DNA of 63,481 nucleotides, the filler included, from Perkinsus chesapeaki ATCC PRA-425 (Eukaryota > Protista > Perkinsozoa), in NCBI GenBank assembly GCA_013115145.1. It is 13 parts of 13 records of this genome, joined end to end, with 100 filler letters (N's around TTAATTAATTAA, not from the genome) between each part and the next. Parts side by side here need not be neighbours in the genome. Positions count along the whole stretch, not along the records: positions 1 to 1,172 come from JAAPAO010002130.1; positions 1,273 to 2,908 come from JAAPAO010001853.1; positions 3,009 to 33,066 come from JAAPAO010000445.1; 10 more parts are not named here. One strand, written 5' to 3'. The position numbers were made by a program, and so were the translations under genes. This document shows positions 1-10,926 of this stretch, one piece after another. Numbering within the stretch: position 1 is the first letter of the stretch; every line of letters starts with the position of its first letter. A model generated the notes under the pieces. That model saw nothing but the letters and a program-made list of their open reading frames with translations, ran no database searches and was not told the DNA's origin.

Positions 1-1172
1 ATGACATCTCCGCGCTGATCCGACGGAACAGGATCCGATCGAAAAGACGAGCAATAGCAGTGTTAATCGTGATTGGCCTCCACGACTTTGGGCCGATGGC
101 AGTTTATCAGATTTCTTCGGGTCCCGAAGTTCGGGATGGTCACAACATAGCCCTTCTTCAGCCTCGCAGGAACAAGACGATGTGCTACGAAGGCTGAGAA
201 TAGAGTGAAGAAGACGAGTGGCTCTCGTTCCACTGCCAGCTTCAAGGCAACAATTGGAACCGCATCCTCCCCGCCGGGGAGTCCCCGGGGCACGATCGAG
301 ATCGGAGTTCACCAGCAGCATCGAGGAGCTCCTCTACGCCGACAGGGCTCCTTCCTCAGCTCCACGAGCTTCGAGTTGAGTTCACCATGGGCTTCTGCTT
401 GTTGAGGAAGATCCACCTCCTCCTCCGGAAACAGAACCTCTGCTAACTCAGTTGCTTTCATGTATGTTGCCGGGGGGCCCTTTCGCTTGTTCTGCCAAGC
501 TTTATGGAAGGCCAGAGCTTTCTGAGGGTCGAGTAGCCGAGCTAGCGTGGAATTTGCATGTTCTCTGCGGCATCTTCTCTTGAGTTCCCGGAGGTCTCGG
601 GATGCCGATCAAAGCTCTGCCCGAGCGACTGGAGAACTGTGCGTCCTCTGGACTCTTTTCTGGAGCCACTTTACCCTGCTTTTGGCGAAGTCAAGCTCGC
701 GGGTCCACCAGACTGGCCGCCTATCGGCATTAGATCGATGCTTACGGCATTCTGCAACTGTCTTCGCAAGGTTATCGCATAGGTTGTCCGTGAGCATCTC
801 AGCATCCTGCCAGCTAAGCGTAGGGGCCTGTTTGATTCCATTGAAAACTGACAGTGCACCGCAGATCTTCTGGGCGAACAATAATTGTTCTTCATCGAAA
901 TATCCGCGTTGATGCCAAGGTGTTATAACTGCGTCTTGGCTCGCCGAAGATATCACAGTTGTAATGGTTGCACGGTCAGAGACCATGGACATACTATGTT
1001 CCCAGTCCACTTTCCAGACATTGATATCCTGGACCAGGGCTTGTGAGCATAGGGTGACGTCGATGTGCGATGTGATTTCAGAACCATCACGAGTCGCTCG
1101 ATGACTCCTGAAGGTAGGTGGTGACCCGGCATCGTTGAGTATCTGCAGTCCTGTATAGTCTGCCCAGTCTTC
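1..1172 (-). mobile_element. Degenerate non-LTR retrotransposon (LINE) ORF2 fragment: end of APE endonuclease, linker, start of RT
   Basis: Minus strand reads LQILNDAGSPPTF...SHIDVTLCSQ...WKV...VSDRATI (APE C-terminus, SDH changed to SDR), then PVWWTREL (linker). After a TGA at 609-611 and frameshifts it reads EPVGVEELLDA...PGD / GEDAVPIVALK...VPARLKKGYVVTIP...HRP (early LINE RT motifs). Confidence 0.8.
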
Positions 1173-1272
1173 NNNNNNNNNNNNNNNNNNNNNNNNNNNN
1201 NNNNNNNNNNNNNNNNTTAATTAATTAANNNNNNNNNNNNNNNNNNNNNNNNNNNNNNNNNNNNNNNNNNNN
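1173..1272. other. Artificial 100-nt contig spacer (44 N + TTAATTAATTAA + 44 N), first of 12
   Basis: Identical spacers at 1173-1272, 2909-3008, 33067-33166, 34556-34655, 39320-39419, 40850-40949, 42049-42148, 54183-54282, 55343-55442, 57452-57551, 58652-58751 and 62142-62241. TTAATTAATTAA gives stops in all six frames. Confidence 0.97.
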
Positions 1273-2839
1273 TTGATGGCGTCGTTGTATTTATAGGTAG
1301 GCAGCAGAAGGGAATCGCCATTGTTGCATAGTTCATGACCTAGTACCAGTAAACCGTTAGCTTCTGGTCCATGTAGACTATCAGTAGTTAGATGCATGCC
1401 ATAGTTAGCGAAGTGGTCAACGACTTTTTTAATATCTTCAAGTCGTCCTCCTAAGTAAAGAAAATCGTCCATGTAGCTTACCAATACACCAGAACAGGAA
1501 CCCAGCCGCTCAAACTCGCCGATAGCATGAGCAATAATAATTTCCAGAACTTGCGGATTAGTGGAGTTACCATCGCTCATGTAAGTGTAAGTCCAGTTTT
1601 TGTTCTTGTAGTTGATTTGGCTCAGTAGTTGGAGGTTACGTCCCAGCTTTATAGCCCGGTAGGCGTCACGTATGTCCATAGCGTGAGCAGTGACTGAAGA
1701 TCTATACTTGTTGATGATGCGAGGGATCTTGCTCTGACAGTCCTTGATAGGGTACTTGTTGATAGCCTTCTTGACCAGATCATTAGTTCTAATAGTGGGC
1801 TGGATAGGACGGACGCGTTTCCTACCTGCCCGTGGATACCAGTTAGTGGTGTAGTTGTTAACGTCGTCGGGCGCAGTAGTTTGTAGTTTACCTTCGGTGA
1901 TTAGAGCATCAATCCGTTCTTCTGCTTGTCGTCGTTCATCAGCTGAGGCCTTCATGAGGAAGTAGTGGGTAGGAGGTACAGGTTTTGGTTGATTGTCCAA
2001 CGCTAGTTGAAGTAATTGGTCGCTGTAGTCAACATAGTACTCCTTGTTGCCTTGGTCGTTAAGCAGGACGCCAATGGTGCACCATTCGTTGTTGTAGATG
2101 GTCTTAAGTAGTTGGTAACCTTCAGGTGGTTGTGGGAACGAAGGTGGGGAGTTTCCCAGTATGTCAATGTTGTAGGATATATCATGTGTCTCATTGGTGG
2201 TATTGCCTTTTAGGGCAGAGATGTGATGACCTTCTCGTGAGCATTCGTCCAATGACATTGGTCTATTGGACATTGGACCAATGTAGTTGTTGCCGATGTT
2301 GGAGTTCGTGGAGTGGATACTGTAGACTCCTCAGTAGGCTTAGACGTTGTGCTTGTTGAGGCCGGAGACGTAGGTGTGAGGTTTGACGACTGATATTTAT
2401 GTAGTGTGTGCGAGCTACATAAATATCTAGATGCTTGTGTTGGGGTATCATTGATAGTGAGTAGTAGACCGTCGGCGTTGAAGTTGAGCGCGTCCATACC
2501 GAGTAGTCCATCCGAATGGAGTAATAGTCCATCGTTGATGATAGCTGGGGACCATGTAAGGGTAGACACCTTGCCGTTGTCATCGCAGACAGGGAATTTG
2601 ATCTTAAGTTGGTAGAGTGAAGTCATAGAACCTGCAGCAGTAGCAGTATCGAAGGATGTTTTGCTTGGTATAAGTTGACCATCTGGATAGTGTTGTAGAA
2701 GAGCGGTGGCAAGCTTCCAAGAAACGACGGACTTGGTGCATCCACTGGATGCACTGGATGTGGCCGACACTGGATGCCATCCAGTGTCGGCCACAATTGA
2801 GAAGTTATGATCTGCACAGAAAACAGATCGGAGCACCAT
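1273..2839 (-). mobile_element. LTR retrotransposon pol fragment: aspartic protease + reverse transcriptase, frameshifted
   Basis: ORF 2210-2839 has IVADTG...CTKSVVS and DGLLGMDAL (retropepsin motifs). The overlapping ORF in another frame has MDIRDAYRAI, VSYMDDFLYLG and VLGH (RT motifs). It runs into the spacer at 1272. Confidence 0.85.
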
Positions 2840-3918
2840 ATCAGAACCGGGTGTAAGGTTGTAGTCATTGTCAGACTGTAAAAGAAAGCGAGCAACCTCA
2901 CTATGTTTNNNNNNNNNNNNNNNNNNNNNNNNNNNNNNNNNNNNNNNNNNNNTTAATTAATTAANNNNNNNNNNNNNNNNNNNNNNNNNNNNNNNNNNNN
3001 NNNNNNNNGCTTCTGTCCCTCTTATCTTGTGCAACGGGGCGTCCCGGCCGAGTAAACCAGCCCAACGAGTTGACCACACTTGTACGCGGTGTACTGTTAA
3101 CCAATTACTGTGATTATGTTTGGTCCGAGAACCACTAGTGGCTGATATTGTGTGATGCTGGCTATACCATATTTAGCTGGACTCGTACTTAAGCAAACTG
3201 AACTTAACTGTCTATCAACCATGCCGAATCTCGAAAGCTGAGGGATAACTTGGATCCTACCACCTTTATCCTGTATTATGGATCACAATTTTTTGGTCAT
3301 ACCTGGATAATCCAGGCTGGATTTAGAACTCGTTCCACCTACAACTCGTGATGGCAATGGCGGTCGCGAATCGGCGGATTATGTCCGATGCCGAGAGTTG
3401 GTTAAGCTGCAAGATTAATTTATACGAGATTGCGATCAATAAGTTATATGTCCACTATATAGGAGTATCTGTACGACTATAGTACGACTATAAAGGCATC
3501 TGAGTTAGTTTGCTAGTCAGCTCGAGTGTATTTCCTATCTGTCTTCGGACACCTGTTGACACGTGGTTTCATCTCGGTGATGTGAATATATGCAAGACGC
3601 ACAGGCTGTAACAAACACAACAACCCACGGTAGAGATAATCTAACCAAAAGAATTATCATAGTAACGAAACGGCAACTGTGGCTGATTTCCTACAACATA
3701 TATTGCCGTGATGAAACACGATAATTTGTAATATACGAAATCGGGGCTTATTTGTGGTGATTAAATTCAAAAGGTCCAGCAGTATAGGGGGTTAGGATGT
3801 CCAGGCCCTGAGCAGTGATAAAGTGAGTATGCAATTTGGACTCGTAAGTCCGATAAGTACGCCACCGATTGGGAATCGGCGATTGCTGGAGGCACCACCT
3901 ACGAATAAACAAATAAAT

Positions 3919-4620
3919 CTAAATGGGGCATCCCGAATCTGCATACTTCGCGATTCCTTCTGGCAGTTTGGTAGTAAGAACCTCCTTATCAAGGTCGATA
4001 TCAAGAGTTAGGAAGTTATCATCAAGCTGACCTTCAGAGTCTTGGATCATCTTCCTACACTGTATACCACTTAACTTAACCTCCAGACCACCTGACACTA
4101 TCGTCGTCGTAGAATCGCAAGTGTAGAGAATCTTCGGAGATATTTCATCCTTCTGTCTAACAAGTCGAGCTCGCCTCTCTGTGACTATGATGCTGTAAAT
4201 ATAGTCAACAAAGCGTCCATCAGTCGACAGGTAACACGTTTGGGGCCATACATATACATAGAATGTAGCCCCTTTGGGTAGTTGGGCGACAAGATATGTC
4301 TTGTCATACGTAGCCTTCATTGTCAAGAACTTGCCGTCAAGTAGACCATTAGAGTCTTTTATCATCGTTGTACATAATACACCTTGAACATCAATCGCTA
4401 TACCATCACCAACATCCTTATCAACGTACACACACGTGTAGACAGTTGCCGGGGAGTCTGAATCTACCTGCCTGAAGAAGTTGACTTTACCATCATTTTG
4501 GAATTCAATTCTGTTGATAAATTGTGAGTATTGCCCAGTCTCGGGCGTGAATGTGAGGTCAAGATACGCCTCGCAGCAGATGAGCAGCCCCAGGATTGTA
4601 GTAATTCTCATAAGAGTCAT
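3919..4620 (-). CDS. Secreted protein with two internal beta-rich repeats of about 100 aa, copy 1
   Basis: 233-aa ORF with signal peptide MRITTILGLLICCEA. Repeat 1 (F.RQ.DSDSP...YTC...G..C..MIKDSNGLLD.KFL) aligns to repeat 2 (LVRQKDEISP..LYTC...GIQC..MIQDSEGQLDDNFL). A GT..AG intron near the 3' end is possible, so the C-terminus is uncertain. Confidence 0.75.
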   Translation of the reverse strand: MTLMRITTILGLLICCEAYLDLTFTPETGQYSQFINRIEFQNDGKVNFFRQVDSDSPATVYTCVYVDKDVGDGIAIDVQGVLCTTMIKDSNGLLDGKFLTMKATYDKTYLVAQLPKGATFYVYVWPQTCYLSTDGRFVDYIYSIIVTERRARLVRQKDEISPKILYTCDSTTTIVSGGLEVKLSGIQCRKMIQDSEGQLDDNFLTLDIDLDKEVLTTKLPEGIAKYADSGCPI

Positions 4621-4949
4621 ACTATTCGGTTGAAAATAACTGAAATCAATGACATTCCTCCGTTGGCTATACCCCCTATTTAAGACACCATTCTAGACTC
4701 ATGCAATGTCGTACTATCACGGATTCTGGTGAGACCAAGAGGACCGTGAGTGACAGTTGAGCACATTATACTTGCTGCTTGAAGTATCAGAGCGTGTGTC
4801 ACAAGCTGCGTGACACAAGGATTCGTCCCTGCATTGTAATTTACCATAAGTCAGATATGGCATCCTGGCCTTCAGAGAACACACCTTAACTTCCGACTGG
4901 TTCACAAGTTGTGTCGGCCCTTACAATTACACTGGCGATTCATCCCTTA

Positions 4950-5500
4950 ATGGCCACCCGCATACATCGCGACTCGGATTGATTACCAGTAATTGAACCT
5001 GTTCATTTGCGAGTTCCTGGATGCGTCACGTTGTGTTGTCTATATATATGTCATGCCGTGGCTCCGATACCTTCAACTGACGTCTATGGCGATCAGCAGC
5101 CCATTAGCATGCGGGCTCGGGTCTCCATTTCACAGAGAAGGCTTAACGGTTTGAAATTCAAACTTTGAATATCTGGATCCTGGCGTTTGGGTATAAAGGA
5201 GACCCTGGTCGAGGCTACCTATCTTGTTGAAGGCGCTGAGAGTGAAAGCACGACACAATTGTACTTGAACTGGATGTATGGATCTTAAACCACTTCTTTA
5301 TATCGACTTTAACCAAGTTTGTGTCCATATATATCAGCTGGTATATAACGGGAGGATGGAATTGACCAGCGGAAAACATTACACTGTTGCGAGCCTTGCT
5401 TAACTGGTAGGGGTTTTCATGAGAGCTTCGTACATAAATGTTGTAAAACGCTAGCTCAAGCTGAGCAGGGGTAACCCGTGACGGTATGGAGAAGAAATTC
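4950..5500 (-). pseudogene. Probable decayed gene within the duplicated unit, copy 1
   Basis: Homologous to 8060-8600 (AQLELAFY in both), but frames differ between copies and both contain stops. Confidence 0.3.
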
Positions 5501-6621
5501 TCGTCGCTCGAAGTCCTCCCAGTGATATTTCTATGGCCTAAGGATGAAAGCGGTACTGCATAAAAGGAAGCGACGAAGAAGCAGGACCAATGATTCTTCG
5601 GTCGTTCCACCTTGGAAACTCCACGGCAGCACGGTCCATGCGGTATCTCATTCGGTGCTGCCCATGGGCAAACCGTACCTATGTTGTGGCTGCGGGCTCT
5701 TAGTATCCGATCACCATCGCTCGCTGCGTGCAACACGTTTAAACAAGGAGTCGTAAACCGTGTGGAACGAACAAATACGAGTTACTGATCGACGTGGAAG
5801 ATGCCTGAGTCGCGAAAATACCACACTTACTGTAGAGCGTCAACTGGATCTCTTGCCTGGTCTTGAGGGCTTTAGGCGAGCAGAGGATGGGACATTTAGG
5901 AATGTCATCTCAAGAATGTCAGCTACGAAGCGTAGCCTACGCTTCTGCAGAGCAGAGGATGGAGTAACTCCTACAGGCACTTTGTGACAGCTCACGGGAA
6001 TACCTGCATTAGGTCCTCGGATGCAGTACCGTAGCGCTTTCTATGTGGCTTGAGTGTTCGGCAGCTAGCTAGTGATAAGGGGTTGCAATCACAGCGTGTG
6101 TCCTTGAGCACTTCGACATATCGCTGAGCTCATATGGATTATATGACTAGCGGAAGTATCCTGATTCTGTCTCCTTTATCATGTATTGTGGATCACGATT
6201 CTTGTCCATACCTGGATTATGGGACCTGTTTCGTAGGACAAGTTACGTTGTTCCTATATGTCCTCTTGTTTATTCGTGATTTCGGTGACGTGAATATATG
6301 TAAGGAGCACAGACTGTAACAGCACAACAACCCATGGTACTGTAGAGTTAGTCTAACCAAAATAATTATCTTATTACCAAAACGACAGCTGTAGCTGATT
6401 TCCTACAAGCTATATTGCCGTGATGAACAGGATAATTTGTCCCATACGAAGTAGGGCTTAGTTATGATCGGATCGAAGAGGTCCAGCAGTATAGAGAGTT
6501 AGAATGTCGAAGCATATACGATAAAAGAGTTTAGCATTTCGACTCGGGAGATATAACATCTACACCACCGATTGCTGGTGCCATCATCTATGAATAAGCG
6601 ACCAATTGATAGGCTGGACAT

Positions 6622-7326
6622 CTAAATGGGGCATCCCGAATCTGTATACTTGGCGATACCTTTGCCTTCTGGCAGTTTGGTAGTAAGAACCCCTTTACCA
6701 AGGTCGATTTCAAAAGTTAGGAAGTTATCGTCAAGCTGACCTTCAGAGTCTTGGATCATCTTCCTACACTGTATACCACTTAACTTAACCTCCAGACCAC
6801 CTGACACTATTGTCGTCGTAGAATCGCAAGTGTAAAGAATCTTCGGAGATACTTCATCCTTCTGTCTAACAAGTCGAGCTCGCCTCTCCATGACTATGAT
6901 ACTGCCAATATAGTCAACAAAACGTTCGTCTGTCGACAGGTAACACGTTTGGGGCCATACATACACATAAAGTATAATCCCTTTGGGTAGTTGGGCGACA
7001 AGATATGTCTTGTCATTCGTAGCCTTCATTTCCAAGAACTTTTCGTCAAGTAAACCATTAGAGTCTTTTATCATCCTTGTACATAATACGCCTTGAATGG
7101 TAATCTTAATACCATCAAGAACAGTGTCACTCTTATACACACACGTGTAGATGGTCGTCGGGGAATCTGCATCTACCTGCCTGAAGAACTTGACTTGAGC
7201 ATCATCGCGGAATTCAATTCTGTCGATAAATTGTGAGTATTGCCCAGTCTCGGGGGTGAATGTGATGTTAAAGGCCTCGCAGCAGATGAGCAGCCCCAGG
7301 ATTGTAGTAATTCTCATAAGATTCAT
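6622..7326 (-). CDS. Secreted protein with two internal beta-rich repeats, copy 2
   Basis: 234-aa ORF, clear paralog of 3919-4620 with the same signal peptide. Confidence 0.75.
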   Translation of the reverse strand: MNLMRITTILGLLICCEAFNITFTPETGQYSQFIDRIEFRDDAQVKFFRQVDADSPTTIYTCVYKSDTVLDGIKITIQGVLCTRMIKDSNGLLDEKFLEMKATNDKTYLVAQLPKGIILYVYVWPQTCYLSTDERFVDYIGSIIVMERRARLVRQKDEVSPKILYTCDSTTTIVSGGLEVKLSGIQCRKMIQDSEGQLDDNFLTFEIDLGKGVLTTKLPEGKGIAKYTDSGCPI

Positions 7327-8059
7327 ACTATTCGGTTGAAAATAACTAAAATCAATGACATTCCCCCATTGGCTATACCCTTACTCAAGACCCCACTCTA
7401 GAGTTTTGCAGGATCATAACAATCGTACGAACACTGACTGCTGCGACCATTGAGACTGTGAATACTAGTGGGGCAACTCGTGCTGATGCTGTGATGAGGT
7501 ATATCTGGATAGTAGCTTATCACTGAAGCTTGAAGTGCTAGAGCTGGTGTCACAAGCTGCGTGACGTAAAGATTTGTCTTAGATACTAATATGATTCCAG
7601 GGGCAATATCATCCACCGGACGTCAAGAACTTCACGCTGCCTCTTTGATTAGTTTGGTAGAGATGAGAAGTTCAGCGCTTGTCATTGAGAACAGCAAATA
7701 ATTGACTAGAGACTGAACACGAGAGGTGTCATTGCTCCAGGGACCCTCGCGAATTAGCTGCCTTGAAGGAGTGAGCCTGTCTACACGAAGCCCTACGCTG
7801 CACCACGCATCCTCCAGTGAAGTTTTTCGAAGAAGGAACCGACTACCTGGATCGAATTGCATGATTATAGCTGATACCCCTTCCGCACTACGAGGCATGG
7901 CCTGATCGATATCTGGGCATTTGAAAGAACCATTAGTTCCGCATGGGACATGGGTGGTGACACCACCGTGGTGTCACACCAGTGGTATACTAGCCATCAA
8001 ATCCCGGCCTGATGTACCGAAACTGTTGACTCACGAACTGCGTATTCATTGACATTCCT

Positions 8060-8600
8060 ATTGACTTTTCGTCGCTCAATGGCCACCTTCGTACATCTCG
8101 ACCCGGATTGGTTGCCGATCATTGAACCGGTTCATTCCTCGGCTACTCATTCTATCGGTCTTGCTGTGTCACGTTGTATTGTCTACAGACATGTCACTCC
8201 GTGGACCCATCACTATGTGGGCCCAGAGCTCCACTCCGTAGAGAAGACCCAGTGGTCTGAATACCTGGATCCTGGTGTTCAAGTATGAATGATGCCCCGC
8301 TTGGGGCAGTCCAATCTCGTTGATGTCGTGGAATATGAAAGCACCACGCGAGTTGTACTTGAACTGAATGTAAAGAGCCTAAACCGCTTTCGTATACCGA
8401 CTTTTCATCAAGTTTGGCACGATATATATCAGCTGGTACGAAACGGTAGAGACCGAATCGGCCAGCGGAAAACACTACACTGTTGCCAGACTTACCAAAC
8501 TGGCCGGCCTTTTCATGAGGCTTCTTTAGTTAAATGCTGTAAAACGCTAGCTCAAGCTGAGCAAGACTAACTCCAGCTCTCACTGGGAGCATGACTTCCG
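8060..8600 (-). pseudogene. Probable decayed gene within the duplicated unit, copy 2
   Basis: Homologous to 4950-5500; in-frame TAA after AQLELAFYSI. Confidence 0.3.
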
Positions 8601-8724
8601 AGGATGCGTCATAAACTTTGAGAACCCAACAGGTGAAATGGTCACAGTGAGCCTTGCAAGGCCAAGATAGAATAAACTATTCGAAGCTCTCTGACAGCCT
8701 CCCTTAAGCCTTCTCTTGCTGAGT

Positions 8725-9717
8725 CTATATCGGGTCGTTCTGTACGTTGCGCAACCTACAGGGTGCAGTATCCTACCGCTACCGTTATATCTTACATGTG
8801 ACTGAATTGCTCATAGTCAATATTTACGTCTGTGTCTAGAGGGACGCCAGCGCCCAACAAAAAGGCGTCCATATCGGAGTCCTGACATGAAAGTGTTAAG
8901 ATTGCAGCTATATCGAGCTCAGCAACTGAGAGCCTTTCTCCCAATGTTGTGAGGATATGCCTTAAGTCTTTGATGGAGATTTGACCAGTTCCTGATACGT
9001 CAAATACTTGGAAGGCCTAAATACGAGGGCTGGCGCATACGAGCCGTCGCCCGGCATTGACAGGCCACTCGCTGTTCACCTCTCTAAGGCTTCCTTCGGT
9101 GTCTCGCTCAGAAGTGTTTTGGAGCTTATCGTAAAGCTCTTTGAACTCGTTTAAGTCAAGAGCATGGCTTTCGCCGATGTCGCTTTGTAATGTTGTCAAC
9201 GCAGCTTCGGTGATATACACACCTATTAGTAAAAAAATATCATTACTGACTATATGTTATACCGTATAACCTATACGTATGCATACATTTTTATCGTATA
9301 TCGGTACATTATTAATCTACCTTATACCGATCAGTCAACTACAGCTTGTACGGATTAGCATCTAGAGCTGGCATTTATCTCTGATGTTATCTCGCTTCAG
9401 TCGAGAAACTCGTCATTACGTAGCCTTTTCCTATGTTCATTTTATGCGAAATTTGATTTCAAGTTGGCGCATGTTAATCTTATACGAAGCTCGGTTCAGA
9501 TATAACACGCTGATATGGTAGAGATGTTTGTCAGTAGTCTGTTATATTCCTTCAGTATTGCTCATCACTTTCACAGCTGGTGAGGTATACCAATGTTTTT
9601 GTTCTTACCGAGGCTGCGGAGCGCTGGACCAATACTATCTGTTGAGAGACGGTTATTCGATGGGCCCGAGAATATGCGGAAGCACTCCTCAATCTCCACG
9701 GGATGCACTTCGTCCAT
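8725..9717 (-). CDS. Calmodulin / myosin light chain-like EF-hand protein (5 exons)
   Basis: Spliced through GT-AG introns: MDEVHPVEIEECFRIFSGPSNNRLSTDSIGPALRSLG | VYITEAALTTLQSDIG...LDLNEFKELY...SLRE | AFQVFDVSGTGQISIKDLRHILTTLGERLS | DSDMDAFLLGAGVPLDTDVNIDYEQFSHM | LRNVQNDPI*. Confidence 0.85.
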
Positions 9718-9858
9718 TTCAAGAGCGTTGTTCTACGGCCTTTTCAAAAGATGCGTCGAAGACTCGAAGGTTCGATCCCCGGTTACGACATTTTTCTGCA
9801 TTTAAATCGTCGGACCGTTTCAAGGCGCGCGGTCAAGAATGGCGAGCGAGAAAAACTG

Positions 9859-10891
9859 ATGGAGACCGTTTCCAGGCAGTAAGTATGATCGGATCACATC
9901 GTTAGTAATAAGCAATTGGTTTGTTAACCAACTTCGATGGTGTTCGTTCAAACCGCAAGTAGTAAGATATTTGTTGAGATAATTATTAATGCTTGGCATT
10001 CTACATAATCAACGTGAAGCGTCAGGAAAGCGAACGTTACGGCAGAAGGCCCAGAGGTATGAGCTCCAGATACGGAAGATGGTCACTAAAGCTGGGGCCG
10101 CCGGAATAACCGTTTTCGACTGGGACGATACACTGTTCCCCACAGTAGACCTACTTTCAAGGCAAAATATTGCAGAGGACTTCCAGTACTATCTGAACTG
10201 TTGACAAGGGAATTATTATCATTCTATCAGGGAGCAGCTACAAGAGCTGTCTTTGGTTGTCAAGCGCTTGCTGAAATGTTGTCTTCGTGTCGGGCCTGTA
10301 GTGATCGTTACAAATTCTGAGAAAGGTTGGGTAGAGTACAGCGCACAGACGTACTGTCCAACACTAACAAAGGTAATACCAATGGAGGGATATCATTGGA
10401 GAAGGCTATTAGGTATTGCGTCAATGCCGAATAATATCGGCTAGAAGCGCCTACGAAGAACAGTATCCCGAGGACCGCTATCCTGACGCTTCCTCGCTTT
10501 GGAAGTTCCTTGCATTTTCTGTACTGCTGAGGGAGTTCAAACCCTCCCAGGTAAGGATTGAATATGTACATTATCGTTGATATGTGCCTCAGCTTATATC
10601 AATTGGAGATTCTGTAAAGGAACGGCAAGCGTGCTTAAAAGTGACCGCTGCCTCCTCGCCCGATTGCCTTCCCAAAAGCGTTAAGTTGGTTGGTGCCCCA
10701 AGTATTGGGACACTCATTCGCGAGCTTACTGTACTAGGCACAGTCTTTGAGGTAGTAGTAATAATGACAACAACATTCGGTGTATGCTACTCCCTATGTA
10801 GGACTTATTCACGCTTAGAAGCCCTGTGGACATTCAATTTGATGGGGATGTCTTCCAGGATCAGACAAGAGCTCCTTGTCCTGCTCCATGA
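9859..10891 (+). CDS. HAD-superfamily-like protein (multi-exon; 5' end uncertain)
   Basis: Motifs ITVFDWDDTLFPT (DxD), VVIVTNSEKGWVEYS, ISARSAYE...WK, LISIGDSVKER and KSVKLVGAPS...LIREL, linked by short GT-AG introns. Last exon DLFTLRSPVDIQF...PAP* ends at 10891. Confidence 0.75.
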
Positions 10892-10926
10892 TGATCGTCC
10901 CCCACGCCCGTTAAGCTGTTGCTTCA

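Larger units (their letters stand above)
3240..8580. repeat. Tandem duplication of an approximately 2.7-3.1 kb unit (about 3240-5470 vs 6150-8580)
   Basis: Colinear blocks: 3260-3310 vs 6170-6220; 3570-3800 vs 6285-6510; the two CDSs; 4620-4680 vs 7325-7380; 5280-5470 vs 8375-8565 (shared GTAAAACGCTAGCTCAAGCTGAGCA). Confidence 0.8.

Noticed and set aside
1217-1228. TTAATTAATTAA repeated 12 times at irregular intervals, as a possible biological motif
   Set aside because: It is always centred in exactly 88 N, so it is an assembly linker with six-frame stops. ORFs that run into it (1221, 33111, 34611, 55390 and others) have artificial ends.
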